47,537 bases of DNA from assembly GCA_046598045.1 (NCBI GenBank), contig JBKJJJ010000077.1:1-47537 (forward strand). Direction: 5' to 3'. A program made the position numbers and the translations under genes. This document shows, in pieces, positions 1 to 8,960 of the stretch (position 1 is its first letter; every line of letters begins with the position of its first letter). The notes beneath the pieces were generated by a model, which was not told where the DNA came from, did not search any database, and saw only the letters and a program-made list of their open reading frames with translations. This DNA comes from Candidatus Eiseniibacteriota bacterium (GTDB lineage: Bacteria > Eisenbacteria > RBG-16-71-46 > DASYSL01).

Positions 1-1305
1 GACACCGCGCGCACCCTCTGGAACGGCATGATCGATCGCCGCCCCGCGCTCATCGTGCGCGCGCTCGGCGCCGCCGACGTCCTGGCCGCGGTGAAGTTCG
101 CGCGCGCGCGCGGGCTCGTGATCGCGATCAAGGGCGGCGGGCACAACATCGCTGGCAATGCGTGCTGCGACGGCGGGCTGATGCTGGATCTCTCGCTCAT
201 GAAGTCCGTGCGCGTCGACGCGGCGGCCCGCACCGCGCGCGCGGAACCGGGCGCGCTGCTCTCGGATTTCGACAAGGAGACGCAGGCGTTCGGCCTCGCG
301 ACGCCGCTCGGCATCAACTCGACCACCGGGATCGCCGGCCTGACGCTCGGCGGCGGCTTCGGCTGGCTGAGCCGGCGCTTCGGTCTCACCGCCGACAACC
401 TGCTCTCCGCCGACGTCGTCACCGCCGACGGCCGCCTGCTGGTCGCGAGCGAGCGCGAGAACCCGGACCTGTTCTGGGCGATCCGGGGCGGCGGCGGAAA
501 CTTCGGCGTGGTGACCTCGTTCGAGTTCCGGCTCCACCAGGTCGGGCCGACGGTGCTCGCGGGGCTGATCGTCCACCCCTTCGCGGACGCAAAGGCTTTG
601 TTCGACGGCTACGAGAAGGTCGTCGCCAACGCGCCCGAGGAACTGACCGTGTGGGTCGTGATGCGCAAGGCGCCGCCGCTGCCGTTCCTGCCGGCCAAGT
701 GGCACGGCAAGGAGGTGTTCGTGATCGCCGCCTGTTGGAGCGGCGAGCCGGCCGCGGGGGAGAAGGCGCTCGCACCGCTGCGCGCGCTCGGCAAGCCGAT
801 CGCCGACGTCATCGGGCCGGTTCCGCTGGTCGGCTGGCAGACCGCGTTCGATCCGCTGCTGCAGCCGGGCGCGCGCAATTACTGGAAGTCGCACGATTTC
901 ACGTCGCTCGAGGACGGCCTCATCACCACGCTGCTCGAGGCCGTCAAGCACCTGCCGACGGACGAGTGCGAGGTGTTCATCGGGCATCTCGGCGGGGCGG
1001 TCAATCGCGTGCCGGTGGGCGCGACCGCCTACCCGCACCGCGACGTGTTGTTCGTCCTGAACGTGCACACGCGCTGGCGGGACGCGGCGCAGGATGCCAC
1101 CTGCATCGCGTGGGCGCGCGGCCTGTTCGATGCCGCGGGCACGTTCGCGACCGGTGGCGTGTACGTGAACTTCATGCCGGAGGACGAGACCGCGCGCGTA
1201 AAGGTCGGCGCGTACGGACCGAACTACGAGCGGCTCGCGAAGCTCAAGGCGAAGTACGATCCGGACAACCTGTTCCGGTTGAACCAGAACATCCCGCCGG
1301 CCTAG
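1..1305 (+). CDS. FAD-binding oxidoreductase, berberine-bridge (BBE) family; 5' end truncated by the window
   Basis: KGGGHN flavin-attachment motif, TGIAGLTLGGGFGW, and C-terminal YVNF…YGPNYERLAKLKAKYDPDNLF BBE signature. The frame is open from base 1 (DTARTLWNGM…), so the true start lies upstream. Confidence 0.9.
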   Translation, partial: DTARTLWNGMIDRRPALIVRALGAADVLAAVKFARARGLVIAIKGGGHNIAGNACCDGGLMLDLSLMKSVRVDAAARTARAEPGALLSDFDKETQAFGLATPLGINSTTGIAGLTLGGGFGWLSRRFGLTADNLLSADVVTADGRLLVASERENPDLFWAIRGGGGNFGVVTSFEFRLHQVGPTVLAGLIVHPFADAKALFDGYEKVVANAPEELTVWVVMRKAPPLPFLPAKWHGKEVFVIAACWSGEPAAGEKALAPLRALGKPIADVIGPVPLVGWQTAFDPLLQPGARNYWKSHDFTSLEDGLITTLLEAVKHLPTDECEVFIGHLGGAVNRVPVGATAYPHRDVLFVLNVHTRWRDAAQDATCIAWARGLFDAAGTFATGGVYVNFMPEDETARVKVGAYGPNYERLAKLKAKYDPDNLFRLNQNIPPA

Positions 1306-1760
1306 CCTGCGTTCGTCCTGGCCTCGGGCGCGAGCTCGACCAGCACCGTCCCGGCGGGCACGATCGCGCCCACCACCACGCCCGCGCCGACGCGTTCCAC
1401 GCGTCCGGCGCGCGGCGAGGTGACGCCGAGCTCCATCTTCATCGACTCCAGCACGAGCAAGGTCTGCCCGGCCTCGACGGTGTCGCCGGCGGCCACCGCG
1501 ATGCGCACGACCTTCGCGGGCATCGGCGCGACCAGCGCGTCGTCGCCTTCCGCGCCTTTGTCGCCGCCACCCGCGCGCTCGGCTTCAACCACGTGGCGTT
1601 CGCTGTCGATCCACACCTCGTAGCGCCCGGCGCCGCCCGCGCGCCGGACGATCGCCTCGACCGCGCGGCCCTCGATCGTGAGCGTGAGCCGCCCGCCCTC
1701 GGACCAGGCATGGCTCTCGAGCTTCGCGGGCGCCTCGACCTGTGTCCCGTCAATGCGCAC
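1302..1760 (-). CDS. Biotin carboxyl carrier protein of the acyl-CoA carboxylase
   Basis: APMPAKV…LESMKME biotinyl-lysine motif. GTG start at 1760 follows GGAGG and overlaps the biotin carboxylase stop. Confidence 0.85.
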   Translation of the reverse strand: MRIDGTQVEAPAKLESHAWSEGGRLTLTIEGRAVEAIVRRAGGAGRYEVWIDSERHVVEAERAGGGDKGAEGDDALVAPMPAKVVRIAVAAGDTVEAGQTLLVLESMKMELGVTSPRAGRVERVGAGVVVGAIVPAGTVLVELAPEARTNAG

Positions 1761-3297
1761 GGTCGCCTCCCACGCGGAACGCGCCGAGAGTGGACCAAGG
1801 GGTTGCGGCTTCGCTCTCGCCCCCGCCCCCATTCTGGGCGAGCGCTCCCGGCGCCTCCGCCAGCGCGATCGCTGCCGCGGCGACCAGCGCCGGGCTCGCC
1901 ACGCGCTCGTGCTGTGCCGCCCGCCATGCCGGCGCGACGTGCGCCTCGATGTGCGACGTCACCGTGCGCCCCGCCACGAACTCGGGATCGCGCGCGAGCG
2001 CCCGCAGGAACGGGAGGTTCGTCACCACGCCCGACACCTGCGTCTCGGCGAGCGCCGCCTGCAGCCGCGCCACCGCCTGCGCGCGGTCCGCGCCCCACAC
2101 GCTGAGCTTCGCGATCATCGGGTCGAAGTCCATGCCGATCACATCCCCGGCGCGCACGCCCGCGTCCACGCGCACACCCGGTCCCGCGGGCAGCGTGAGC
2201 GCCGCGATCGGCCCGCTCTGCGGGAGAAAGTCGTGCGCCGGGTCCTCGGCGTAGAGCCGCGCCTCGATCGCGTGGCCATGCGGCATCTCGCGCTCGAGGT
2301 CCTTCGGTAGCCCGCGCCCGAGCGCCACGTCGAGTTGCAGCCCGACGAGGTCGAGCCCCGTCACCCACTCGGTCACCGGGTGCTCGACCTGGAGCCGCGC
2401 GTTGACCTCGAGGAAGTACACCCCGTCCTGCTCGTCCACCAGGAACTCGGCCGTGCCCGCCCCGCGGTACTTGACGTGGCGCGCGATCGCCTTCGCGGCG
2501 TCGGTCAGGCGCTTTCTGAGCGCGGGCGTCATGCGCGCGGCCGGCGCCTCCTCGATCACCTTTTGGTGGCGGCGCTGGAGCGAACATTCACGCTCGAACA
2601 GGTGCGCCACCCCGCCCTCGCCGTCGCCGAAGAACTGGACCTCGACGTGCCGCACGGGCTCGAGCCGGCGCTCCATGTACACGGCCGCGTCGCCGAATGA
2701 TGCGAGCGCCTCGCGTGCGGTGCCCGCGATCGCCTCCGGCAACTCCTCCGGTTTCGTGACCGCGCGCATACCTTTGCCGCCGCCGCCCATCACGGCCTTG
2801 AGCAGCAGCGGGAACCCGAGCTTCTCCGCCGCGGCGATCGCTTCCATGGTCGGTTTGCCGTCCGCGCCGACCGGCGTGCCCTCCCAGCCGGGCGCAACCG
2901 GCAGCCCCGCGTCGCGCGCCGCCTGGCGCGCGCGTTTCTTGTCGCCGAGCGCCTCGAGCGTCTCCGGCCGCGGGCCGATGAACACGATCCCCGCCCGCTC
3001 GCACGCCCGCGCGAACCGCGCCTGCTCGGACAGGAACCCGTAGCCCGGGTGGATCGCCTGCGCGCCGCGCGCCTTCGCGGCCGCGATCACGAGCTCGACA
3101 TCGAGGTACGCGGCGCGCGGGTCCACGCTCTTCAGCTCGACCGCCCGATCCGCCGCGAGCACGTGCGCCGCGCCCGCGTCCTGGGCGTGGTACACGGCGA
3201 CGCTCTTGATTCCGCGCACGCGCAGCGTGCGGATCACGCGCAGCGCGATCTCGCCGCGATTGGCAATGAGAACGGTGTCGAAGGCGGGCTTTGACAT
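1750..3297 (-). CDS. Biotin carboxylase subunit (3-methylcrotonyl-CoA carboxylase alpha-like, lacking the BCCP domain)
   Basis: LIANRGEIA, IHPGYGFLSE, GGGGKGMR, ERECSLQRRHQK, EVNARLQVEHPVTE motifs; clustered with an MCC beta subunit and an enoyl-CoA hydratase. Confidence 0.92.
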   Translation of the reverse strand: MSKPAFDTVLIANRGEIALRVIRTLRVRGIKSVAVYHAQDAGAAHVLAADRAVELKSVDPRAAYLDVELVIAAAKARGAQAIHPGYGFLSEQARFARACERAGIVFIGPRPETLEALGDKKRARQAARDAGLPVAPGWEGTPVGADGKPTMEAIAAAEKLGFPLLLKAVMGGGGKGMRAVTKPEELPEAIAGTAREALASFGDAAVYMERRLEPVRHVEVQFFGDGEGGVAHLFERECSLQRRHQKVIEEAPAARMTPALRKRLTDAAKAIARHVKYRGAGTAEFLVDEQDGVYFLEVNARLQVEHPVTEWVTGLDLVGLQLDVALGRGLPKDLEREMPHGHAIEARLYAEDPAHDFLPQSGPIAALTLPAGPGVRVDAGVRAGDVIGMDFDPMIAKLSVWGADRAQAVARLQAALAETQVSGVVTNLPFLRALARDPEFVAGRTVTSHIEAHVAPAWRAAQHERVASPALVAAAAIALAEAPGALAQNGGGGESEAATPWSTLGAFRVGGDRAH

Positions 3298-3306
3298 GTG
3301 GCCGGC

Positions 3307-3335
3307 AGTCTACGGGGCCGTTCGGGGCGCGTCAA
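3307..3335 (-). promoter_or_regulatory. Sigma70-type promoter for the biotin carboxylase gene
   Basis: TTGACG (3335-3330), 17 bp spacer, TAGACT (3312-3307); ATG 9 nt downstream and no Shine-Dalgarno. Confidence 0.6.
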
Positions 3336-3340
3336 CGCGG

Positions 3341-3410
3341 GGCCGCGCTTGGCTACGCCGGGCTGCGCTGGGCCGCGCCGGGCCGCGCCGGGCCGCGCTG
3401 GGCATCGCGG
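3341..3410. repeat. Tandem 10-bp repeat, about 7 degenerate copies (GGCYGCGCYG)
   Basis: ggccgcgctt ggctacgccg ggctgcgctg ggccgcgccg ggccgcgccg ggccgcgctg ggcatcgcgg read directly from the sequence. Confidence 0.85.
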
Positions 3411-3614
3411 GAAATGTCAAGCCGAGGGCGAGGCCTCTCTAAAAATGGGCGCGTACGAAACGTGCAAAACGTACGTTTCGTACGCGCCCAGAAAACGATG
3501 GGTTCACTCCCCGGCTTGAAATCTCCGCGAACGCTGGCGTACGAAACGTACGAAGCGTACGCTTTGTACGCCCCCATAAAATCATAGCCGCACCCCCCGG
3601 CTTGACATCTCCGC
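3405..3614. repeat. Composite palindromic/direct repeat upstream of the TA operon
   Basis: Perfect 18-bp inverted repeat 3446-3463/3473-3490 (TGGGCGCGTACGAAACGT). Two degenerate 78-bp units with an 86-bp period (3451-3528, 3537-3614). A CGGCTTGAMAT…CCGC box at about 3508-3528 and 3594-3614, plus an inverted copy at about 3405-3430. Confidence 0.85.
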
Positions 3615-3632
3615 CCCCGCGGAGTCCACGAG

Positions 3633-3896
3633 ATGCAGATCCTTTCCTCCTCCGGCGTCCGCAGGACGTGGTCCCGCGTCGTCGGCGCGGTCGAGCACGG
3701 CCGGCAACACATCGCGATCGTGCGCAATGGTCGGCTCGTCGCCGCGTTGATTCCCTATGACCAGGTCGAACGCCTCGGGCAGCTCGAGGACCAGGCGGAT
3801 CTCGTCGATGCACGTGCAGCTGTGGCCGACGACGCGCGGATGGGCCAGCCTCGGGCGGATTGGGAACTGCTCAAAGAGTACGCGGGGTTGGACTGA
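3633..3896 (+). CDS. Phd/YefM-family antitoxin
   Basis: 87 aa with N-terminal Phd pattern (…RRTWSRVVGAVEHGRQHIAIVRNGRLVAALIP), acidic C-terminus (LEDQADLVDARAA) and TGATG coupling to the next ORF. Confidence 0.8.
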   Translation: MQILSSSGVRRTWSRVVGAVEHGRQHIAIVRNGRLVAALIPYDQVERLGQLEDQADLVDARAAVADDARMGQPRADWELLKEYAGLD

Positions 3897-4144
3897 TGGG
3901 CGGCTCGCCCGAGGTTCGCATCGAACTGCTCTCCCAGGCGAAGTATATCTTCCTCGCCCTCGGCATGCCGACCATGCTGCACCTCGCGCCGCGCTTCGAT
4001 CGTCTGCGCAGGGAACCGGTGCCCAACGACGCGCGGTTGGTGGCGGGGACGAGTCACGTGTACCGCGCGGTCTGGGGAGGGGTGCGCGTGCTCTACCACT
4101 ACCGCAAGGGGCGGGTCACGATCCTCGATCTCAGGCCGGTCTAG
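3896..4144 (+). CDS. RelE/ParE-like toxin (divergent)
   Basis: 82-aa basic ORF coupled to the antitoxin; RelE-like pattern (L…EPVPNDARLVAG…YRAVWGGVRVLY…VTILDL). Confidence 0.65.
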   Translation: MGGSPEVRIELLSQAKYIFLALGMPTMLHLAPRFDRLRREPVPNDARLVAGTSHVYRAVWGGVRVLYHYRKGRVTILDLRPV

Positions 4145-4172
4145 CGCGGCTCGGGCCGGCGCCGCGCAACGC

Positions 4173-4988
4173 CTAGCGCGGCTCGAGCGGCTCCGGCCGC
4201 GGCACCCACGGCGGCGCGACCTTGTCGCGGAACGCCGCGAGGCCGGCCTGGCCCTCGTCGCCCTGGCGGGCCTGCGCGATCTGGGACGGCGTGAACTGGC
4301 GGTAGTCCTCCCACGGCGTCGCGGTGAAGCGCTGGATCATCCCCTTCGCGCGGGCGATTGCCTCGGGGCCGGCGGCGATCATCTCGTCGCAAATGCGCGT
4401 GACGACGGCATCGAGGTCGGACTCGGCGCAACGTTCGGAAATCAGCCCGATCCTGCGCGCCTCGGTGGCGTCGAAGCGCTCGCCGCTCAGGAAGTAGCGC
4501 CGCGCGTGGGTCGCGCCGATCCTGCGGAGCGCGTAGGGCGAGATCACCGCCGGCACGATGCCGAGCCGCGTCTCCGAGAACGCGAACGCGGTGTCGTCGC
4601 TCGCTACCGTCACGTCGCAGCACGAGACCAGCCCCACGCCGCCGCCGAGGCAGTGGCCGTGCACGCGGCCGATCACGGGCCTGGGCAGCGCGTCGAGCGC
4701 GCGGAACATCTCGGCGAGGCGCTCGGCGTCCCGCAGGTTCTGCTCGAAGGTCTTGCCGCCCGAAGCGTGCATCTCCGCGATGTCGGCCCCCGCGCAGAAC
4801 GACTTGCCCTCGCCCTCGAGTACGACGACGCGGCACTCGGAGTCCGCGGCGAGCGCGGCGAACGCGAGCATCAACTCCTCGCTCATCTGCTGGGAGATCG
4901 CGTTACGCTCGTCGGGGCGGGTCAGGCGCAGCCGGCGGATGGGCCCGGCCGCAACGATCGCGACGGTGCCCCAGGTGTGGTTGTGCAT
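4173..4988 (-). CDS. Enoyl-CoA hydratase (methylglutaconyl-CoA hydratase/LiuC-like)
   Basis: FCAGADI, GHCLGGGVGLVSCCD, FSETRLGIVPAVISPY motifs; GGAGG ahead of the ATG at 4988. Confidence 0.9.
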   Translation of the reverse strand: MHNHTWGTVAIVAAGPIRRLRLTRPDERNAISQQMSEELMLAFAALAADSECRVVVLEGEGKSFCAGADIAEMHASGGKTFEQNLRDAERLAEMFRALDALPRPVIGRVHGHCLGGGVGLVSCCDVTVASDDTAFAFSETRLGIVPAVISPYALRRIGATHARRYFLSGERFDATEARRIGLISERCAESDLDAVVTRICDEMIAAGPEAIARAKGMIQRFTATPWEDYRQFTPSQIAQARQGDEGQAGLAAFRDKVAPPWVPRPEPLEPR

Positions 4989-5014
4989 GAGTCCTCCCGA
5001 AATTGCCCGCGCGG

Positions 5015-6058
5015 CTAGGTGAGCGTCGCCAGGTCGATGACGAACCGGTAGCGCACGTCGCTCGCGACCACGCGCTCGTAGGCCTGGTTCACGTCGGCGA
5101 TGGCGGTGCGCTCGATGTCGCACACGATGCCATGCTCCGCGCAAAAGTCGAGCATCTCCTGCGTTTCGGCAATGCCGCCGATCGAGGAGCCGGCCAGCCG
5201 GTGACGACCGCCGATCAGCCCGCCGACGTCGAGCGAGATGTTGTCCTCGGGCAGCCCGACCACGACCATGGAGCCGTCGCGACGCAGGAGCCTCAGGTAT
5301 GGATTCCAGTCGATGTCCGCGGACACGGTGTTCAGGATCAGGTCGAAACTCTGCTCGAGCTTCGTCAACGTCTCCGCATCCGACGTCGCGAAGAAGTGGT
5401 CGGCGCCCAGCCGCTGCGCGTCGTCGCCCTTGCGCGCGGAATGGCTGAGCACGGTCGTCTCCGCGCCCATCGCGTGCGCGAACTTGACGCCCATGTGCCC
5501 GAGCCCGCCGAGACCGAGCACCGCGACACGCTTGCCGGGCCCCGCGCCCCAATGCCGGAGCGGCGAGTAGGTCGTGATGCCCGCGCACAGGAGCGGTGCC
5601 GCCGCGTCGAGAGGCAGCGCGTCCGGGATGCGCAACACGAACGCCTCGTCGACGACATTGTTGTTCGAATAGCCGCCCATCGTGGGCGTCACGCCGTCCT
5701 TCTCGAAACCGTTGTAGGTCCAGATCGCGTTCGCGCAGAACTGCTCGAGGCCCGCGAGGCACTCCGGGCACGTGCGGCACGAGTTGACCATGCAGCCGAC
5801 ACCCACGCGGTCACCGATCTTGAAGCGCGTGACCGCGGCGCCGACGCGCGCGACGAGGCCGACCATCTCGTGGCCGGGCACCATGGGAAAGTTTGAGTTG
5901 TTCCACTCGTTGCGCACCTGGTGGATGTCCGAGTGGCAGATGCCGCAGAACTGGAGGTCGATCACGACGTCCCGCGGGCCGGGATCGCGGCGCTGGAACG
6001 AGTAGGGGACGAGCGGTGTCTTCGATGCGAGGGCGGCGTAGCCGCGGGCAGGGATCAT
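5015..6058 (-). CDS. Zn-dependent NAD(P)H alcohol dehydrogenase, cinnamyl-alcohol dehydrogenase-like
   Basis: CGICHSD, PGHE, structural-Zn cysteines (CRTCPEC…C), GLGGLG and C-terminal DVRYRFVID. Confidence 0.93.
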   Translation of the reverse strand: MIPARGYAALASKTPLVPYSFQRRDPGPRDVVIDLQFCGICHSDIHQVRNEWNNSNFPMVPGHEMVGLVARVGAAVTRFKIGDRVGVGCMVNSCRTCPECLAGLEQFCANAIWTYNGFEKDGVTPTMGGYSNNNVVDEAFVLRIPDALPLDAAAPLLCAGITTYSPLRHWGAGPGKRVAVLGLGGLGHMGVKFAHAMGAETTVLSHSARKGDDAQRLGADHFFATSDAETLTKLEQSFDLILNTVSADIDWNPYLRLLRRDGSMVVVGLPEDNISLDVGGLIGGRHRLAGSSIGGIAETQEMLDFCAEHGIVCDIERTAIADVNQAYERVVASDVRYRFVIDLATLT

Positions 6059-6067
6059 GCCCGCAGT

Positions 6068-7690
6068 CTACATCCGGAACACCCCGAAGCGCGTGGGTTC
6101 AATCGGCGCCGCCAGCGCGACCGCGAGCGCGAGCCCGAGCGCGTCGCGCGTCTGGGCCGGGTCGAGGATGCCGTCGTCCCACAGGCGCGCGGTCGAGTAG
6201 TAGGGCGAACCCTCGTCCTCGTAGCGCTGGCGGATCGGCTGCTTGAACGCGTCGGCCGCCGCCGAGTCGGGCGCGTTGGTTGCGGCGGCGGCGTTGACGG
6301 TCCACAGCACGTCGGCCGCCTGGTCGCCGCCCATCACGCTGATACGCGCCGAAGGCCACATGAACAGGAAGCGCGGATCGAACGCGCGCCCGCACATGCC
6401 GTAGTTGCCCGCGCCGAACGAGCCGCCGGTGATCAGCGTGAGCTTGGGCACGGTGGCGTTCGCGACCGCGTTGACCATCTTCGCGCCGTCCTTCGCGATG
6501 CCGCCGGCCTCGTACTCCTTGCCGACCATGAAGCCGGTGATGTTCTGCAGGAAGAGGAGCGGCGTGCCGCGCTGGCAGCAGAGCTCGATGAAGTGGGTCG
6601 CCTTGAGCGCCGACTCGGAGTAAAGCACGCCGTTGTTCGCCAGGATGCCGACCGGCATGCCGTGCAGGTGCGCGAAGCCGGTGACCAGCGTCGTGCCGTA
6701 GAGTTGCTTGAATTCGTGAAAGCGCGACCCGTCGACCAGGCGCGCGATGATCTCGCGCGCGTCGAACGCCTCGCGCAGCGTGCGCGGCAGCACGCCGTAG
6801 AGCTCGGAGGGATCGTACGCGGGCGCCTCGACGGGCAGGCGCTCGAGGTTCGCGGCGGTGTTTGCCCGCCCGACGAAGTCGCCGCGCTGGCCGAGGTGGG
6901 CGAAGATGTCGCGCACGATCTGGAGCGCGTGCTCGTCGTTCTCCGCGAGGTGGTCGGCGACGCCGCTCCGGGTGGCGTGCACCATGCCGCCGCCCAGCTC
7001 CTCGGCCGTGACCTCCTCGCCGGTCGCGGCCTTCACCAGCGGCGGACCGCCGAGGAAGATCGTCCCCTGGTTCTTGACGATCACCACCTCGTCCGACATC
7101 GCGGGCACGTACGCGCCGCCCGCCGTGCACGATCCGAGCACCGCGGCGACCTGCGTCAGCCCCATCGACGACATGCGCGCCTGGTTGTGGAAGATGCGGC
7201 CGAAGTGCCAGCGGTCGGGGAAGACCTCGGCCTGCAGCGGCAGGAATGCGCCGCCCGAGTCCACGAGATAGGCGCAGGGCAGGCGGTTCTCGAGCGCGAT
7301 CTCCTGCGCCCTGAGGTGCTTCTTGACGGTCATCGGGAAGTACGTGCCGCCCTTCACTGTCGCGTCGTTCGCGATCACCATGACCTCGCGGCCGGAGATG
7401 CGACCGATCCCGGTCACGATCCCGGCCGCCGGCGCCGCGTCGTCGTACAGCCCCAGGGCGGCGAGCGGCGAGAGCTCGAGAAACGGCGAGCCGGGGTCGA
7501 GCAGCCGCTCGATACGCTCGCGCGCGAGCAGCTTGCCGCGGCTCTTGTGCTTTGCGGTCAATTCGGGGCCGCCGCCCAGGCGCACCTGTGCGATGCGTTC
7601 GGCCAGTTCGGCCGCGCGGGCGCGCTGGAACGCGGCGCGTTCCTGGAACACGGGATCTTGCGGCCGAAGTTTCGAAACGAGAGGGTTCAC
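6068..7690 (-). CDS. 3-methylcrotonyl-CoA carboxylase beta (carboxyltransferase) subunit
   Basis: [56 protein letters not shown] and terminal FGVFRM. GTG start at 7690 is inferred. Confidence 0.93.
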   Translation of the reverse strand: MNPLVSKLRPQDPVFQERAAFQRARAAELAERIAQVRLGGGPELTAKHKSRGKLLARERIERLLDPGSPFLELSPLAALGLYDDAAPAAGIVTGIGRISGREVMVIANDATVKGGTYFPMTVKKHLRAQEIALENRLPCAYLVDSGGAFLPLQAEVFPDRWHFGRIFHNQARMSSMGLTQVAAVLGSCTAGGAYVPAMSDEVVIVKNQGTIFLGGPPLVKAATGEEVTAEELGGGMVHATRSGVADHLAENDEHALQIVRDIFAHLGQRGDFVGRANTAANLERLPVEAPAYDPSELYGVLPRTLREAFDAREIIARLVDGSRFHEFKQLYGTTLVTGFAHLHGMPVGILANNGVLYSESALKATHFIELCCQRGTPLLFLQNITGFMVGKEYEAGGIAKDGAKMVNAVANATVPKLTLITGGSFGAGNYGMCGRAFDPRFLFMWPSARISVMGGDQAADVLWTVNAAAATNAPDSAAADAFKQPIRQRYEDEGSPYYSTARLWDDGILDPAQTRDALGLALAVALAAPIEPTRFGVFRM

Positions 7691-7738
7691 GGGCGCGAAC
7701 AGTAGCAGGTTCGGCGCGGGGGCGGTAGCATGGGAGCC

Positions 7739-8947
7739 ATGAGCCACGGCATGCAATGGGCTTCGGCCCTTTCCGAGGAAACCGACACGCGCAAGGCCGC
7801 GCAGGACGCCGCCTCGCGCGTCGCGGCCGACCTGGGCGGCGTGCCGCCCGACCTCGCGCTGGTGTTCTTCTCGACCCACCACCGCGCGAACCCGGTGGCG
7901 GTCGCCGAAGCGCTGGCCGAGACGCTCGTGCCCGAGCACATCATCGGCTGTAGCGCGGGCGGCATCATCGGCGCCGGGCGCGAGGTCGAGGAGCGGCCGG
8001 CGCTCTCGGTCACGGCCGCGCGCCTGCCCGGCGTGACCGTGCACCCGTTCCGCTTCGACGACGGCGACCTGCCGGACGAGGACGCCGCGCCGCGCGCCTG
8101 GGAGGAGCTCATCGGGGTGCCCGCGGGGCAGCGGCCGCACTTCATCGTGCTCGCCGATCCCTTTTCGTTTCCCGCCGACCTGTTGCTCCGCGGGCTCGAC
8201 TACGCGTATCCGAAGAGCGCCAAGGCGGGCGGGCTCGCCAGTGCGGGCGAGCGGCCCGGCCAGAACGCGCTCCTGTGTGACGGCGACCTGCTGCGCCGCG
8301 GCGCGGTGGGCGTCGCGCTCACGGGTGCGATCGCGGTCGACACCGTCGTCGCGCAGGGGTGCCGGGCGATCGGCGAGCCCATGAAGATCACGCGCGCGAG
8401 CGGCAACTTCGTGGTCGAACTCGACGGGCGGGCGCCGATGGCCGTGCTCAAGGACCTGCTGCCGCGCCTGTCGGAGCGCGACCAGAAGCTCGCCAGATCA
8501 TCCCTGTTCATCGGCGTCGGCACCGATCCGCTGGACGAGGATCCCGACGCGCCCGAGTACCTGATTCGCAATATCCTCGGCGTGAGCGCCGACAACGGCG
8601 CGCTCGCGGTCGGGGAACTGGTGCGGGTCGGCCAGGAGGTGCGCTTCCACCTGCGCGACGCGCTCTCCTCGTCCGAGGACCTCGATCGCCTGATGGCGCG
8701 CTATGCCGCCGACCTGATCGAACGCCCCCAGGGCGGCCACCCGGCGGGGGCGCTGCTGTTCTCGTGCCTCGGGCGCGGGCAGAACCTCTACGGCCGCCCA
8801 GACCACGACACCGACCTGTTCCGCGAAAAGCTCGGCGACGTGCCGCTCGGTGGGTTCTTCGCCAATGGCGAAATCGGATCGGTGCACGGCTCGACCCGGC
8901 TCCACGGGTTCACCAGCTCGTTCGCGCTGTTCCGGGACCCGTCGTGA
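7739..8947 (+). CDS. FIST N/C-domain protein
   Basis: [40 protein letters not shown]…LHGFT FIST motifs. The start could be 7730, 7739 or 7751. Confidence 0.9.
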   Translation: MSHGMQWASALSEETDTRKAAQDAASRVAADLGGVPPDLALVFFSTHHRANPVAVAEALAETLVPEHIIGCSAGGIIGAGREVEERPALSVTAARLPGVTVHPFRFDDGDLPDEDAAPRAWEELIGVPAGQRPHFIVLADPFSFPADLLLRGLDYAYPKSAKAGGLASAGERPGQNALLCDGDLLRRGAVGVALTGAIAVDTVVAQGCRAIGEPMKITRASGNFVVELDGRAPMAVLKDLLPRLSERDQKLARSSLFIGVGTDPLDEDPDAPEYLIRNILGVSADNGALAVGELVRVGQEVRFHLRDALSSSEDLDRLMARYAADLIERPQGGHPAGALLFSCLGRGQNLYGRPDHDTDLFREKLGDVPLGGFFANGEIGSVHGSTRLHGFTSSFALFRDPS

Positions 8948-8960
8948 GCGAACGCCCCGG

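Noticed and set aside
3446..3614. CRISPR array
   Set aside because: Only two degenerate units, the intervening sequences are similar to each other rather than unique spacers, and no cas genes are present.
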